Shown: positions 48,374 through 57,660 of the stretch, piece after piece
Layout of the letters: each line of letters opens with the position of its first letter
How positions within the stretch are numbered: position 1 is the first letter of the stretch
Virus record (IMG/VR): IMGVR_UViG_3300033153_008183
Location: 1-64,000 of that record
Direction: 5' to 3' (one strand)
Length of the DNA: 64,000 nt
Source of the DNA: a virus
The notes under the pieces: generated by a model
What the model was told of the DNA's origin: nothing
Seen by the model: only the letters and a program-made list of their open reading frames with translations
The model's database searches: none
Program-made: the position numbers and the translations under genes

Positions 48374-48819
48374 GTATTATACCTCGCAGCAAGCATAATT
48401 CCTAAAACTACATGCGACCATAAAGGAATCGAAACTGGAGTATCTATTGTAATTAAATCTGGATCAGTAAATAAACTCATATTTACCTGTGAATAATCAG
48501 AACCGATTACATATGTGACATTATCTTCGTGATGAATATAATCCCTGATATTTGTAAACTCTTCCTCTGGATAATTATCTGCTTTTTCAAGCACTACAAA
48601 TGTTTGTCCTGAATGTTCTGCAAGACACGCCTCAAGAGTAGGATATGTATTAAACTCTATTTCAGCATCAGCCCATCCTATGTCCTCGTTTGTAATTACA
48701 TCCAAAATATTTAAACCAAAGGCTTTCATTGTAAGTGTGTAAAATTTCATTACAGTACGAATTCTATCCGGATCATTTATCCATGCTGCGTTATCCCAAT
48801 GAACTATTACCCCAATCAT
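48370..48819 (-). CDS. SPOUT (SpoU/TrmL-like) methyltransferase-fold protein
   Basis: TMKAFG, FVVLE, YVIGSD and ITIDTP...LWSHVVLGIML mirror SPOUT motifs 1-3. Confidence 0.6.
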   Translation of the reverse strand: MIGVIVHWDNAAWINDPDRIRTVMKFYTLTMKAFGLNILDVITNEDIGWADAEIEFNTYPTLEACLAEHSGQTFVVLEKADNYPEEEFTNIRDYIHHEDNVTYVIGSDYSQVNMSLFTDPDLITIDTPVSIPLWSHVVLGIMLAARYNT

Positions 48820-49244
48820 TTTTCACCTCCAAAATAATAGTCTATTACAATATAAGTTGTTTCAGCAACTATAACTGCAGTTAAACCCATTATAGCATAC
48901 TTCATAATTTTAATCTGTAACTGTTGCTTGTCGTAAAAACTCTGCAAAGTCGTCAGAGATACTCCCATATCCTTTGATATATTCTTCTGTTTTCTCACTT
49001 CCTGCTGTGATACTGTCAATGATGTGTTCAAGTTCGAAATTGTCCTCTTCGAGTTCCTTACTGTATCCTTTGCTTTTACTAAGTTCACTCTCAACAGTTG
49101 CATTTGATCTAATAAGCTGGATTCGTTGCCCCTGTAACGTTGCAATAATAGCGTCAGACTTACTTTCTCCTGCGAAGATAAGCCAAACAAGACCGACGAT
49201 AATGATAATAAGAACACCAATAATACCAATTTCTTTGCCCACAT
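48816..49244 (-). CDS. Spanin-like protein A (signal, coiled coil, C-terminal TM)
   Basis: GAGGTG RBS; lies in the lysis cassette. Confidence 0.6.
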   Translation of the reverse strand: MWAKKLVLLVFLLSLSSVLFGLSSQEKVSLTLLLQRYRGNESSLLDQMQLLRVNLVKAKDTVRNSKRTISNLNTSLTVSQQEVRKQKNISKDMGVSLTTLQSFYDKQQLQIKIMKYAIMGLTAVIVAETTYIVIDYYFGGEK

Positions 49245-49251
49245 TATTCAC
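48910..49251 (-). CDS. Spanin-like protein B (N-terminal TM, coiled coil), overlapping A in another frame
   Basis: IGIIGVLIIIIVGLVWLIF followed by an acidic coiled coil. Confidence 0.55.
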   Translation of the reverse strand: MNNVGKEIGIIGVLIIIIVGLVWLIFAGESKSDAIIATLQGQRIQLIRSNATVESELSKSKGYSKELEEDNFELEHIIDSITAGSEKTEEYIKGYGSISDDFAEFLRQATVTD

Positions 49252-49252
49252 C

Positions 49253-49486
49253 TCACTTCTTCAAATCCTTTATAAATGTCAAAGCTTCTCTACCAAATAC
49301 CACAATCAATACAATAAAAATCCACACATACACTATCCCACTTTCAGGAATATGATCATTCGTGATCATACTGTAAGTGATATACAGTACAATTCCCTTA
49401 ATTCCCAAAAGTTTAGAAATTGCATTGACTACCCTTGTCGGGAGATACTTTATAGCATCCCAAAATGTCATATCTTTATAATCCAT
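49253..49486 (-). CDS. Holin-like protein
   Basis: 77 aa, two TM segments, basic C-terminus; next to the endolysin candidate. Confidence 0.65.
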   Translation of the reverse strand: MDYKDMTFWDAIKYLPTRVVNAISKLLGIKGIVLYITYSMITNDHIPESGIVYVWIFIVLIVVFGREALTFIKDLKK

Positions 49487-49983
49487 TATAATACCTCCAA
49501 ATACACAGGATCACCATGCCGTAACTCTGGTTCTATGATTCGAGCTATAGAAGCCATTTGCTCATCAGTATCCCCACCTCTAATACAACCTAACGTGTGT
49601 TTATATTTATGAGTATGATGAATATGATATTGTGTGTCTGTTTGAATTTCTCCTGTAGGATGCCAATAATTCCCTTCTCTATCTAAATCCCATATGAATA
49701 CTTTTCTTTTCATTGTCGTTTTTATTTTTACATAACCGAACTCTTCTATTTCTTCCGGATCTTTTAACCATTCAATAGCTGTTATTTCAAAAATTCCCGA
49801 AGGTGCTTGCCTGGGATAATATGGTTTACGATGTCCTTTTTCCGGATATGTATAAACAATCTCATTTTTTTTACGTTTTCCATTTAATTCTTGACGTACT
49901 TTACAAGTTGCAGGGTATCGTTCTATTTCAACAGTACCATTCATGATTATGATTTCTGACCATGTAAATATGACTCTCATCAC
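49486..49983 (-). CDS. L,D-transpeptidase-like putative endolysin
   Basis: PSGIFEI and YHIH...HTLGCIR His/Cys motif. Confidence 0.7.
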   Translation of the reverse strand: MMRVIFTWSEIIIMNGTVEIERYPATCKVRQELNGKRKKNEIVYTYPEKGHRKPYYPRQAPSGIFEITAIEWLKDPEEIEEFGYVKIKTTMKRKVFIWDLDREGNYWHPTGEIQTDTQYHIHHTHKYKHTLGCIRGGDTDEQMASIARIIEPELRHGDPVYLEVL

Positions 49984-50363
49984 ATACCCCCTACCTTACC
50001 CCAGATAAGAACCATTTGAACTATCCCATAAATCATAGCAGGTGTCAAAAAACCAATAGCTATAAATAAAACATTTATTTTTGTATTTATAGTTTCTTGT
50101 TTACTATCATTTTTATACAATTCGGCAATAGAACCTTTATTCCTTTGTACCTCACCATTGATGAGCTCAATTTGAGCCTCTAATTTTTCATCACGTAATA
50201 ACTGCTCACGTTTCATGTGTTCAATCTCCAATTTTAAAAGCTCAGTATTACCTTTCATTTGCCCGGTAGTTTCCTGTGACATAAGTTTTAAATCAGAAAT
50301 TTCTTTTTCTATTTCATTAAGTTTATCAAGTATTAGTTTTTCAGTAGTGCTGTCTATTGCCAT
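49980..50363 (-). CDS. Coiled-coil protein with C-terminal TM (XhlA/holin-like)
   Basis: First gene of the lysis cassette. Confidence 0.55.
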   Translation of the reverse strand: MAIDSTTEKLILDKLNEIEKEISDLKLMSQETTGQMKGNTELLKLEIEHMKREQLLRDEKLEAQIELINGEVQRNKGSIAELYKNDSKQETINTKINVLFIAIGFLTPAMIYGIVQMVLIWGKVGGM

Positions 50364-50393
50364 TTGTAACCCCTTTTAAGTCAGTTAAAAAAG

Positions 50394-50422
50394 AGTATAA
50401 CTCAGAAATTCACAGGCGTCAA
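50394..50422 (-). promoter_or_regulatory. Sigma70-type promoter for the lysis/appendage operon
   Basis: TTGACG-17 nt-TATACT; shares TGAGTTATACT with the terS promoter. Confidence 0.75.
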
Positions 50423-51379
50423 TTATCTACTTAATAACTCTTTATCAGCTGCTTGTACTAAAGACAGGAATATTGGAGAACCTGTGCATCTACAATTATT
50501 TGCACGTCCAACGTGTTCTGGCTCCTCTCTACCCTGAATTTTCCTCCAACTTTTACCACCATTTGTAGAAATTTTGCCATCTGACCATCTTCGCCAAACT
50601 CCATTCATCTTATAATGAGAATACTTAGATTTTGGATAAAGCCCCCTGGGATTACCACGAACTTTCTTATCCCCTTTGGTATACCACTCATAAGCTTCAA
50701 TACCAGCTTCCTCAGCCATAGTTTGTTGTAATCTGGAACTTAAATCTCCTGTAGAATCTCTGGCAATATAATCAGCCTGAGTCGAAGTCAATCTGTCATT
50801 TTGAATCTCTATTTTATCACTGATAACATCCCAACTATCATCATTAGAAACACCATCTGTGATAATTTTATTTATTTTCTTAGCATGAAGAGTAGAATAA
50901 TCTCTCAATCGATCAAGATTATCAGCAGCCCATTCTGCAACCACTTCCCTTTCAGCTTCTGTTTCAAAAATAGTAACATCTACACCAGTAGCCTGTCTGA
51001 CAAACTTACTCCATTGGCTTTTACTTTGTTTTGAAATGGAATCAGCTATATTATTCAAAAAAGTAGAATCAGGAAAAGCAGCTAATCCAATCCGGGTAAT
51101 TGCTCCTTTGATTTCAATTATACCATCCTGGTGTAAGACTGCCTCTGAATCTTGTCTCAGACGCTGTAAATACCACTTCTTAGCCTCTTCCAACATAGGA
51201 ATGGTCACATATAAGGCTAAAGCAGATCGGAGAAGCCTGCGGTATCGTATTTCCTGAATGTATGGATACTGCCAATTTAATTTTCTGCCTAATTGAGAAG
51301 AACGTTCCCTGGCCTTAACACTTAATCTCCCTCTCCGGGAAAAAATATAAGGGTAGAGGTACGATTCTCTAACTTTCAT
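50423..51379 (-). CDS. Minor head protein (Mu gpF / SPP1 gp7-like)
   Basis: IARD, YEW...D.KVRG, H..MNG and NCRC motifs. Confidence 0.88.
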   Translation of the reverse strand: MKVRESYLYPYIFSRRGRLSVKARERSSQLGRKLNWQYPYIQEIRYRRLLRSALALYVTIPMLEEAKKWYLQRLRQDSEAVLHQDGIIEIKGAITRIGLAAFPDSTFLNNIADSISKQSKSQWSKFVRQATGVDVTIFETEAEREVVAEWAADNLDRLRDYSTLHAKKINKIITDGVSNDDSWDVISDKIEIQNDRLTSTQADYIARDSTGDLSSRLQQTMAEEAGIEAYEWYTKGDKKVRGNPRGLYPKSKYSHYKMNGVWRRWSDGKISTNGGKSWRKIQGREEPEHVGRANNCRCTGSPIFLSLVQAADKELLSR

Positions 51380-52035
51380 GCTTCTTTCCAAGATTTATTA
51401 TAAACTACATCCTCTAATGTTGATAATTTTAAATTATAAATTTTACATAGATCTTTAATTGAATATTTTTTCATAGCGAACAATCTCCTAAGAGATCTCA
51501 CAGTAAACCAATTTAATACATTATTCCTTCTATTCTGTTGATTCACAGCATTTGTTACCCATCTACAATTATCCGGAGTATAATCTTCATTATTTTTTTC
51601 ACGATCAATTTGTGCTTTCTTAAATGGTTTTGGTCCCATGTCTTCATAGAAGTTCTTAAATGAATGTAACCAACGCTCACAAACTTTAATTCCTCTGCCC
51701 CCATAATTATGATATTCTTTGTTATTAGGATTATAGCAACGAGCTTTCATACCAGCCCACACTTTATGTTCTAAAGTATCTGACATACCATGTCTTTCTG
51801 CTTTTATAACCATAGGATCACCATGTCTTAAAAATCTCAAATAATGAGATTTGCAGAATCCTTTTATCTTAGTTTTGTTTAAACACCCTACTACAGAACA
51901 CATTACATCAGGTGCTTTAGCAATATGTTTCACTATTAAAGGATCCCCATTGTTTCTGAACCTATTATAATGTTTACTACAATACCCCAATCCATAATGT
52001 TTGATTGTACAACCGTCTACTTTACACACTCTCAT
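51376..52035 (-). mobile_element. Free-standing HNH homing endonuclease between portal and gpF
   Basis: Two CxVxGC...C..HY.RF.R.GDP fingers; YGGRGIKVCERW; IDR...Y.PDNCRW.T..NQQNRR. Confidence 0.85.
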
Positions 52036-53392
52036 CTGATTCCTCTTTTTGCTTAATTATCTCTTCCTCTTCTTCAATAGGATATGGTCCTATTGCATTT
52101 GGATCAAACACACCATCTAAAAGTTCAGTTTCAAAACTATACTCACCTGTAAATCTTGAATTTCTAACCTCTTCTGGTAATAGCACCCCTAACTCTAAAT
52201 ATATTTTATCAGTTTTAGCTTGCTCCCCTCGCATTGAATTTGCTTCCTGCACACTTGGTTCCCAGGGATTATTAAAATCAAAAGACACTTCTTTACCTGT
52301 CATATGTTTTAAAAGAGTAGTAAGAACTCCTTCCATCTGCAGTTCCTGCTGTCCGGTGAGATAGGCATTATAGTTACGTTCATCCATTTCGCCTTTGTTA
52401 TTTAGGCCGCTTGCTTGACGGCCGAACAAACGACTTGCCGGAATATTAGTGACTCCAGAAAGAACCATCATGAACTTATCCCAAAGTTCCGGAACACCAG
52501 CTAACTGTGGAGTATTCCGGAAAAAATCCTCATCACCTTCAGAATCCAGGAATACAGCATTTAGTATTGATTTAGCCTGATTCATAGTCTCCATACGATT
52601 TGCCATTATCTCAGCACCATTTTCTGACTGAAGAATCTCTCGTAAACCGGCAATTTTATAAATAGCAACAATTATTTCGGTTCCCAGATTACCCATTCCC
52701 TGTTCAAATGTGCCGTATCTGGATAATTGATTATAAATACTCTGAACTACACCTGTACCCCAATACATATATTCTTCTTCATCTACAGTACCAGTAGAAA
52801 ACATACTGGTGAATCCCGGATCAGTTACAACTGGAATAGGATCTCCTTTGATTATCAGACACTGAGTTGCATGTACTTTAAAAGAATTATTCTGATTACC
52901 ACCTGGTGTCACTTCAAACAGGACCGGTTCACCATATCTACTTGGATCCGATTTTCCATCTTCCCATTTTATTACTTTAATTTGACTGGCAGAAAATACC
53001 TTCAACTGCCTGATATCCAGCTTCTCACCATCTTTGTAAGGTTTCTCACGAGGTTTACTTGATACCATCCAGATAACACCACCGCGGAACAGCCTTGCCC
53101 AGCTAATAGCAGTATTAAAAGCAGCCTTTGCTTTTAATTTTTTTAACTGCTTAAGAATATCAGAATCCCCATCATCAGATAATGATATCCAGGCCCTTGT
53201 CATATCGTCAGCAGGTGCTTTTATTAGTTTTTTAACCCATCCATCTCCAGCAAACATACTGGCAAGTTCAAGATCAGAAACAACTTTAAAATCTCCAAAT
53301 GAAGTATCTTTAGTGACATCCTGCCTTCCACCAAATCCCTTATAGATATTATCCCAACCATCCTGTCGAATTATTTTACTATTTTCAGTCAT
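52022..53392 (-). CDS. Portal protein (DUF1073-like)
   Basis: DGW.N, PADDMTR.W, ARLF.G and IP.SRLFGRQ.SGLN..G..D..NY motifs. Confidence 0.92.
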   Translation of the reverse strand: MTENSKIIRQDGWDNIYKGFGGRQDVTKDTSFGDFKVVSDLELASMFAGDGWVKKLIKAPADDMTRAWISLSDDGDSDILKQLKKLKAKAAFNTAISWARLFRGGVIWMVSSKPREKPYKDGEKLDIRQLKVFSASQIKVIKWEDGKSDPSRYGEPVLFEVTPGGNQNNSFKVHATQCLIIKGDPIPVVTDPGFTSMFSTGTVDEEEYMYWGTGVVQSIYNQLSRYGTFEQGMGNLGTEIIVAIYKIAGLREILQSENGAEIMANRMETMNQAKSILNAVFLDSEGDEDFFRNTPQLAGVPELWDKFMMVLSGVTNIPASRLFGRQASGLNNKGEMDERNYNAYLTGQQELQMEGVLTTLLKHMTGKEVSFDFNNPWEPSVQEANSMRGEQAKTDKIYLELGVLLPEEVRNSRFTGEYSFETELLDGVFDPNAIGPYPIEEEEEIIKQKEESDESV

Positions 53393-53407
53393 ATCAAACT
53401 CCCTTTA

Positions 53408-54856
53408 TCACGAGTACAGATATCCATATCTGCTTCCCCCGTCTTCCGGATGTAACCATTGTCTTTGTAAACTACTCATAGAGTCTGGTGCATCATTCGG
53501 TTCCTGTCCATCCATGTAATCAATAACCTGTTCCAGATATTCCGGATCAGTAAGAGGAGTCCAATCTATCCTCTCCCAGTATCGTTTACCATAAGTCTGA
53601 ATCTTCATATCTTTGTTAGTGACTTCAAAATATTCAGAAACCTGTGGTCTATGGTTTATAATACCATCTTTTGCCAATCTGTCTATAGCTCGTTGCAATT
53701 CTTTTTCTCCAAAACCCTTATCAGCATTACTTTCAATAAAAATTTTTCTAACAAATCTGGCAGAACAATCTTTTACAATTCTAATTGCCACATCTGAAAT
53801 AGCTGTCGCATCTCCGGAGGATGCTTTAGAAAAATCGTCATAAAATAATTGACCAAAACCTTGAATCCGTTTATTACTATGCAGTTGCATCACTGTGTAA
53901 GCGCCAGTATGCTGTCCAGCGTATTTTGCATCTACATGAGCATAACTGTTTCGCCAGGGCTCTGCAGGAGCAAAACAAGGATCTTGAAAGATCATATCAC
54001 TGGCAGCAACGTGCTGGAGCATATAATTACAATTAAAAAGCACATCTGTAGTATATTTTTTCTTATAAGCAATATCTTCCGGAGTTAAAATACCAACTCT
54101 ATCAACATCAAACTTCATATGAGGAGCTGGAGGTGTAATTGTCCATCCATCTTTTTTATGCCAGGGAGTTCCTTCGTGTATCAATCTGGCACCGGGATCT
54201 AATACATTTGTAATTACTTCTCTCATGTACTCAATAGTTTCATCACGTTTTGCTTCTGAAACTCGATCATCTAATGTGATAATATCACACAGAACAATTA
54301 CATCATAATGAGCTCCGGTTATATTAGTTCCAATTCCATAAGCATCCAGATTTCCTTCTTTAGAATTTGTTGTTTTAAAATTCCAGGTAATACTTGCTTC
54401 TTTCTTTCTAATTTCCCTGGGAGCAATTCCATAAATGGCCTGAAACAAATCTTTCATGACAGCAGACCGCATAAAGGCCCTGACAACCCCAGAAATAGAT
54501 GCAGCCTCTGTGTAACTTTTTCTAATGATTGCAATACGTGCATTGGGAAAAGTCAAAAGATGTCTGACAATTCCAATTACAGTAACTGCAGAAGTTTTAT
54601 AACTTCCTCTGTGTGCCTGAAGAGCATTTATATTTTGGTGAGTGTCCCACATGGAAGTGATCCATCCACTGTGAAGGGGAAGTAACTTTTCAAACCCTAA
54701 ACTATGACCTAGTAAATGGGGTTGTGAAAAAACAGTTTTCCGGATAAGTCTTTCAACATCAAGACTTATGGTTTTCTTTTTTAAAAATTGTCTGGATTTA
54801 CCTCCGGGAATTCCCGGAGGTCTGCCTACTTTTCTTTTTGTCTTTTCTATGATCAC
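53408..54856 (-). CDS. terL: Terminase large subunit
   Basis: AHRGSYKTS, ITGAHYD, GTPWH..D, ESNADKG and NDAPDS motifs. Confidence 0.92.
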   Translation of the reverse strand: MIIEKTKRKVGRPPGIPGGKSRQFLKKKTISLDVERLIRKTVFSQPHLLGHSLGFEKLLPLHSGWITSMWDTHQNINALQAHRGSYKTSAVTVIGIVRHLLTFPNARIAIIRKSYTEAASISGVVRAFMRSAVMKDLFQAIYGIAPREIRKKEASITWNFKTTNSKEGNLDAYGIGTNITGAHYDVIVLCDIITLDDRVSEAKRDETIEYMREVITNVLDPGARLIHEGTPWHKKDGWTITPPAPHMKFDVDRVGILTPEDIAYKKKYTTDVLFNCNYMLQHVAASDMIFQDPCFAPAEPWRNSYAHVDAKYAGQHTGAYTVMQLHSNKRIQGFGQLFYDDFSKASSGDATAISDVAIRIVKDCSARFVRKIFIESNADKGFGEKELQRAIDRLAKDGIINHRPQVSEYFEVTNKDMKIQTYGKRYWERIDWTPLTDPEYLEQVIDYMDGQEPNDAPDSMSSLQRQWLHPEDGGSRYGYLYS

Positions 54857-55827
54857 TAAGAGGATCCATTACTTTCTTCAACAGTCTGCATTTGAGCTCT
54901 ACGTCCTGCAGCTTCTGCCATCTGTGCCATCTTTGCAATACCTTCACCCATCTTTGCAAGTCCGGTATCGGAATCTTCATAGAGTTTAATATACTTGGAA
55001 AGTTCCCTTCTGGCCTCACCACGATTAGCAAGTTTAATTTCATAAGTCACAACATTAGTATTTTTAGGATGCATATTTGTTTTGATACTTTCAACACAAC
55101 ATCTCCACTCCAGAGGAATATCATCAAGACTTGTAAATCTTGGACTTCCATTTCCATTGATAAACATTGCCGGATCATAAAAAGCCTGTTTGTAAAGTTG
55201 TCCGATAATATCATTTTTCAAAGTCATACTCATGGAATCAATTTCCCATTCCAGAATACGTTGGATACCCTGCCTGATATTATCTCTCCTCATCCACTGC
55301 TGGGCCTGGTATCGTGCTGCAACTCTATTTGCATCTGTAGCAAACTCTCCACTCTTAAGTCGCACCATAGCCTCTGTTGCATTTCTGTGAAGCATATATA
55401 AATAAATAAAAATAATTTCATTATCTTCAAGTTTCAAATCAACCAGACTTTCTTTTATGAGTTCTGCAGAATGAGCTTCCCCTTCACGTTTACGAACAAG
55501 GTCCATTTCAAAATTCATATTTAATTTTTCCGGGAGCCGATACCGGTCAAGATATTTATCCGGATCTTTTATCCACCGATAAAAAGTATCACTGGAGATT
55601 CCATATTTTTTTATTATATGAATCCGGGGAACTCGCTTTGCATCCTCTTGCAGGATTTTTCGGATCTTATCATATTTTGGAAGTTGCCTTGCCCGGAAAG
55701 TTGCAAGAGGCAACCCGGCTTCTTCAGCATCCTTTGCTTCTTTTAAAATTAAAGCCGCTGTTTCTGCTGCTTCCCCAACAGTCTCTTCAATTATACTTCC
55801 ATATTCATCTGTTTCAAATGCTCTCAT
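54856..55827 (-). CDS. terS: Terminase small subunit
   Basis: HTH (GIS..TFYRW), NATEA and AFYDP...LDDIP; upstream of terL. Confidence 0.8.
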   Translation of the reverse strand: MRAFETDEYGSIIEETVGEAAETAALILKEAKDAEEAGLPLATFRARQLPKYDKIRKILQEDAKRVPRIHIIKKYGISSDTFYRWIKDPDKYLDRYRLPEKLNMNFEMDLVRKREGEAHSAELIKESLVDLKLEDNEIIFIYLYMLHRNATEAMVRLKSGEFATDANRVAARYQAQQWMRRDNIRQGIQRILEWEIDSMSMTLKNDIIGQLYKQAFYDPAMFINGNGSPRFTSLDDIPLEWRCCVESIKTNMHPKNTNVVTYEIKLANRGEARRELSKYIKLYEDSDTGLAKMGEGIAKMAQMAEAAGRRAQMQTVEESNGSS

Positions 55828-55834
55828 GAAAACA

Positions 55835-55863
55835 AGTATAACTCACAAAACTGGTAATGTCAA
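55835..55863 (-). promoter_or_regulatory. Sigma70-type promoter, leaderless terS
   Basis: TTGACA-17 nt-TATACT, then 7 nt to the ATG; no SD. Confidence 0.8.
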
Positions 55864-56270
55864 ACAGAATCAAAAGCATCATAAATAATTTTCTTTTTAT
55901 GCAGCTTCGCTTCTTTTCTCATATTCGCAGTTCCACTTCCTCCTGGAAACAGAAAAACGTAATCAGTATAAGCAGCCATTTCCCGATTTCGATTATGGCC
56001 TGCAATACAGTTATATCTGCTTCCGTCCCATCTCTCTTTCACAATGCATGGATCCACAGTTAAATCATCCCATAAAGCCGGAAATGGTTTTACTTTTAAA
56101 TCCAGAATATCTGCACAGAATTCTCCAAACTCATCAGCCCCAGAAGCTTTCCCGGAAACGATTATTTTTATATTATATTTCCGAACCATTTTCCGCACTA
56201 ATTTAAAATCGGAAAGGGAACCATCAAAGTCTCTTCTTCCTGCTATCACGCAACGCTTATTATTTTTCAC
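55860..56270 (-). CDS. SLOG/YspA-like (DUF2493-like) protein
   Basis: IAGRRDF, IVSG.A.GAD, FPA.W, AG..RN..MA and GGSGT.NM motifs. Confidence 0.85.
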   Translation of the reverse strand: MKNNKRCVIAGRRDFDGSLSDFKLVRKMVRKYNIKIIVSGKASGADEFGEFCADILDLKVKPFPALWDDLTVDPCIVKERWDGSRYNCIAGHNRNREMAAYTDYVFLFPGGSGTANMRKEAKLHKKKIIYDAFDSV

Positions 56271-56551
56271 GAAGTGAACTCCTTACATATTTATTATAGA
56301 TTAAATAAATAAAAACGGTATTACTATTTTTACCGGAAAGAAATTATCTTTTTAATTTTTTACGTTTTTCGAAGAAAACGGTAAAGTATCTATAAGTTTA
56401 CTTATAGTACTTTACTCTAAGACTATGTTCTTATAGCTCGGCCTTTTCGACAATTGTTGATTTATGACAATAGTTGATTTTAATAAGTACAAAATAGTGA
56501 TAAATTTTAAAACCAACTATCTGCATATGGGTGCAAAAGTTGAATTACAAT

Positions 56552-56899
56552 TTATTCTGGAATTTCATATGCAGATATGGTAAATCCAGTATCATTCATA
56601 AGGAATCCCGGACCTGTAAACAGTACAGTTCTAAACTCTTTCCGGTTATCTACAACACTCCGGATTACCAGATTAAAAACCTGCAGAACATCTGGTTTTT
56701 CCGGCATGTTGTAATGGGATAAAATATCACATAGAACTTCTTCTTTTTTCCGCAATACAGGTATTTTATTTTTCCCTATTATCTCAACAGTCTCCCCCAG
56801 ATCCCTGGTTATCCCAACTCTGGTAATCTGCTCAATATTATCAATTAAAACATTACCATTTTCCGTATTCATCATCTTTAAAATCATAAAATCCTCCAT
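56552..56899 (-). CDS. Hypothetical protein
   Basis: 115-aa ORF ending ..FLMNDTG.TI. Confidence 0.6.
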   Translation of the reverse strand: MEDFMILKMMNTENGNVLIDNIEQITRVGITRDLGETVEIIGKNKIPVLRKKEEVLCDILSHYNMPEKPDVLQVFNLVIRSVVDNRKEFRTVLFTGPGFLMNDTGFTISAYEIPE

Positions 56900-57626
56900 A
56901 TATCTTAAATACTATTATACACGAATTCCGGGGAAATAAAACTAAAGATTCATATTGCTTGTTAAAAGTCATTTAAACGACAGTACAGGATTATGTTTTA
57001 TTATTTTTAGCACAATATCGTCAAAATTATAAAAGTATCAAATCGAATACAATAACAGTACAAGGCAAAAATCCAGTTTACACACATACAATGAAGAATA
57101 AACGTAATATTTTAATTAGCACAATATTGTCATACTCTCAAAAACCATATAAATACCCACATTTCTTATAAATTTTTTATAGAAAATAAGGATCAACTTA
57201 AATACAGCTCAGATTTACATATAAACACTGCAGAAACACTCTAAACTACTCCGTAGAAGTGCTACAGACAACAATAACAGCTGCAGGAGCAATACAGACA
57301 GCAGGACCGGAGAAAAGGTACCAGAAACACAGTAAGGAGTGTATAGAGAGGCAGGAGAAGCATATTAGGACAATAACTATAATAAAAATTTTTATAGTAT
57401 ACATAAGTAACATACTCTATAGAGAGGTATTATCATATAAAATTTAGAGTTAAAACCCCCACACCCCTATACCAGGTGCCCCTGCCCCCTGCTGCCTTTC
57501 TGCCCATACTACAATAGCAGATATCAACAATAGCCATATTATAACAATTGCTATATTGCTTGTGGGGTTGTCCTTTAATTCAATAGAGAATTTCATTTTG
57601 ATTTAACTCTATGCTATATATAGACT

Positions 57627-57660
57627 TGTTAGTAACTTGTTGATAATAAACTGTTGATAA
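57627..57660 (-). promoter_or_regulatory. Cluster of three DnaA-box-like sites
   Basis: Minus strand TTATCAACA x2 and TTACTAACA. Confidence 0.55.

Noticed and set aside
48974-49612. 212-aa + strand ORF across the lysis genes
   Set aside because: Antisense shadow of constrained dual-coding sequence; no recognisable motifs.
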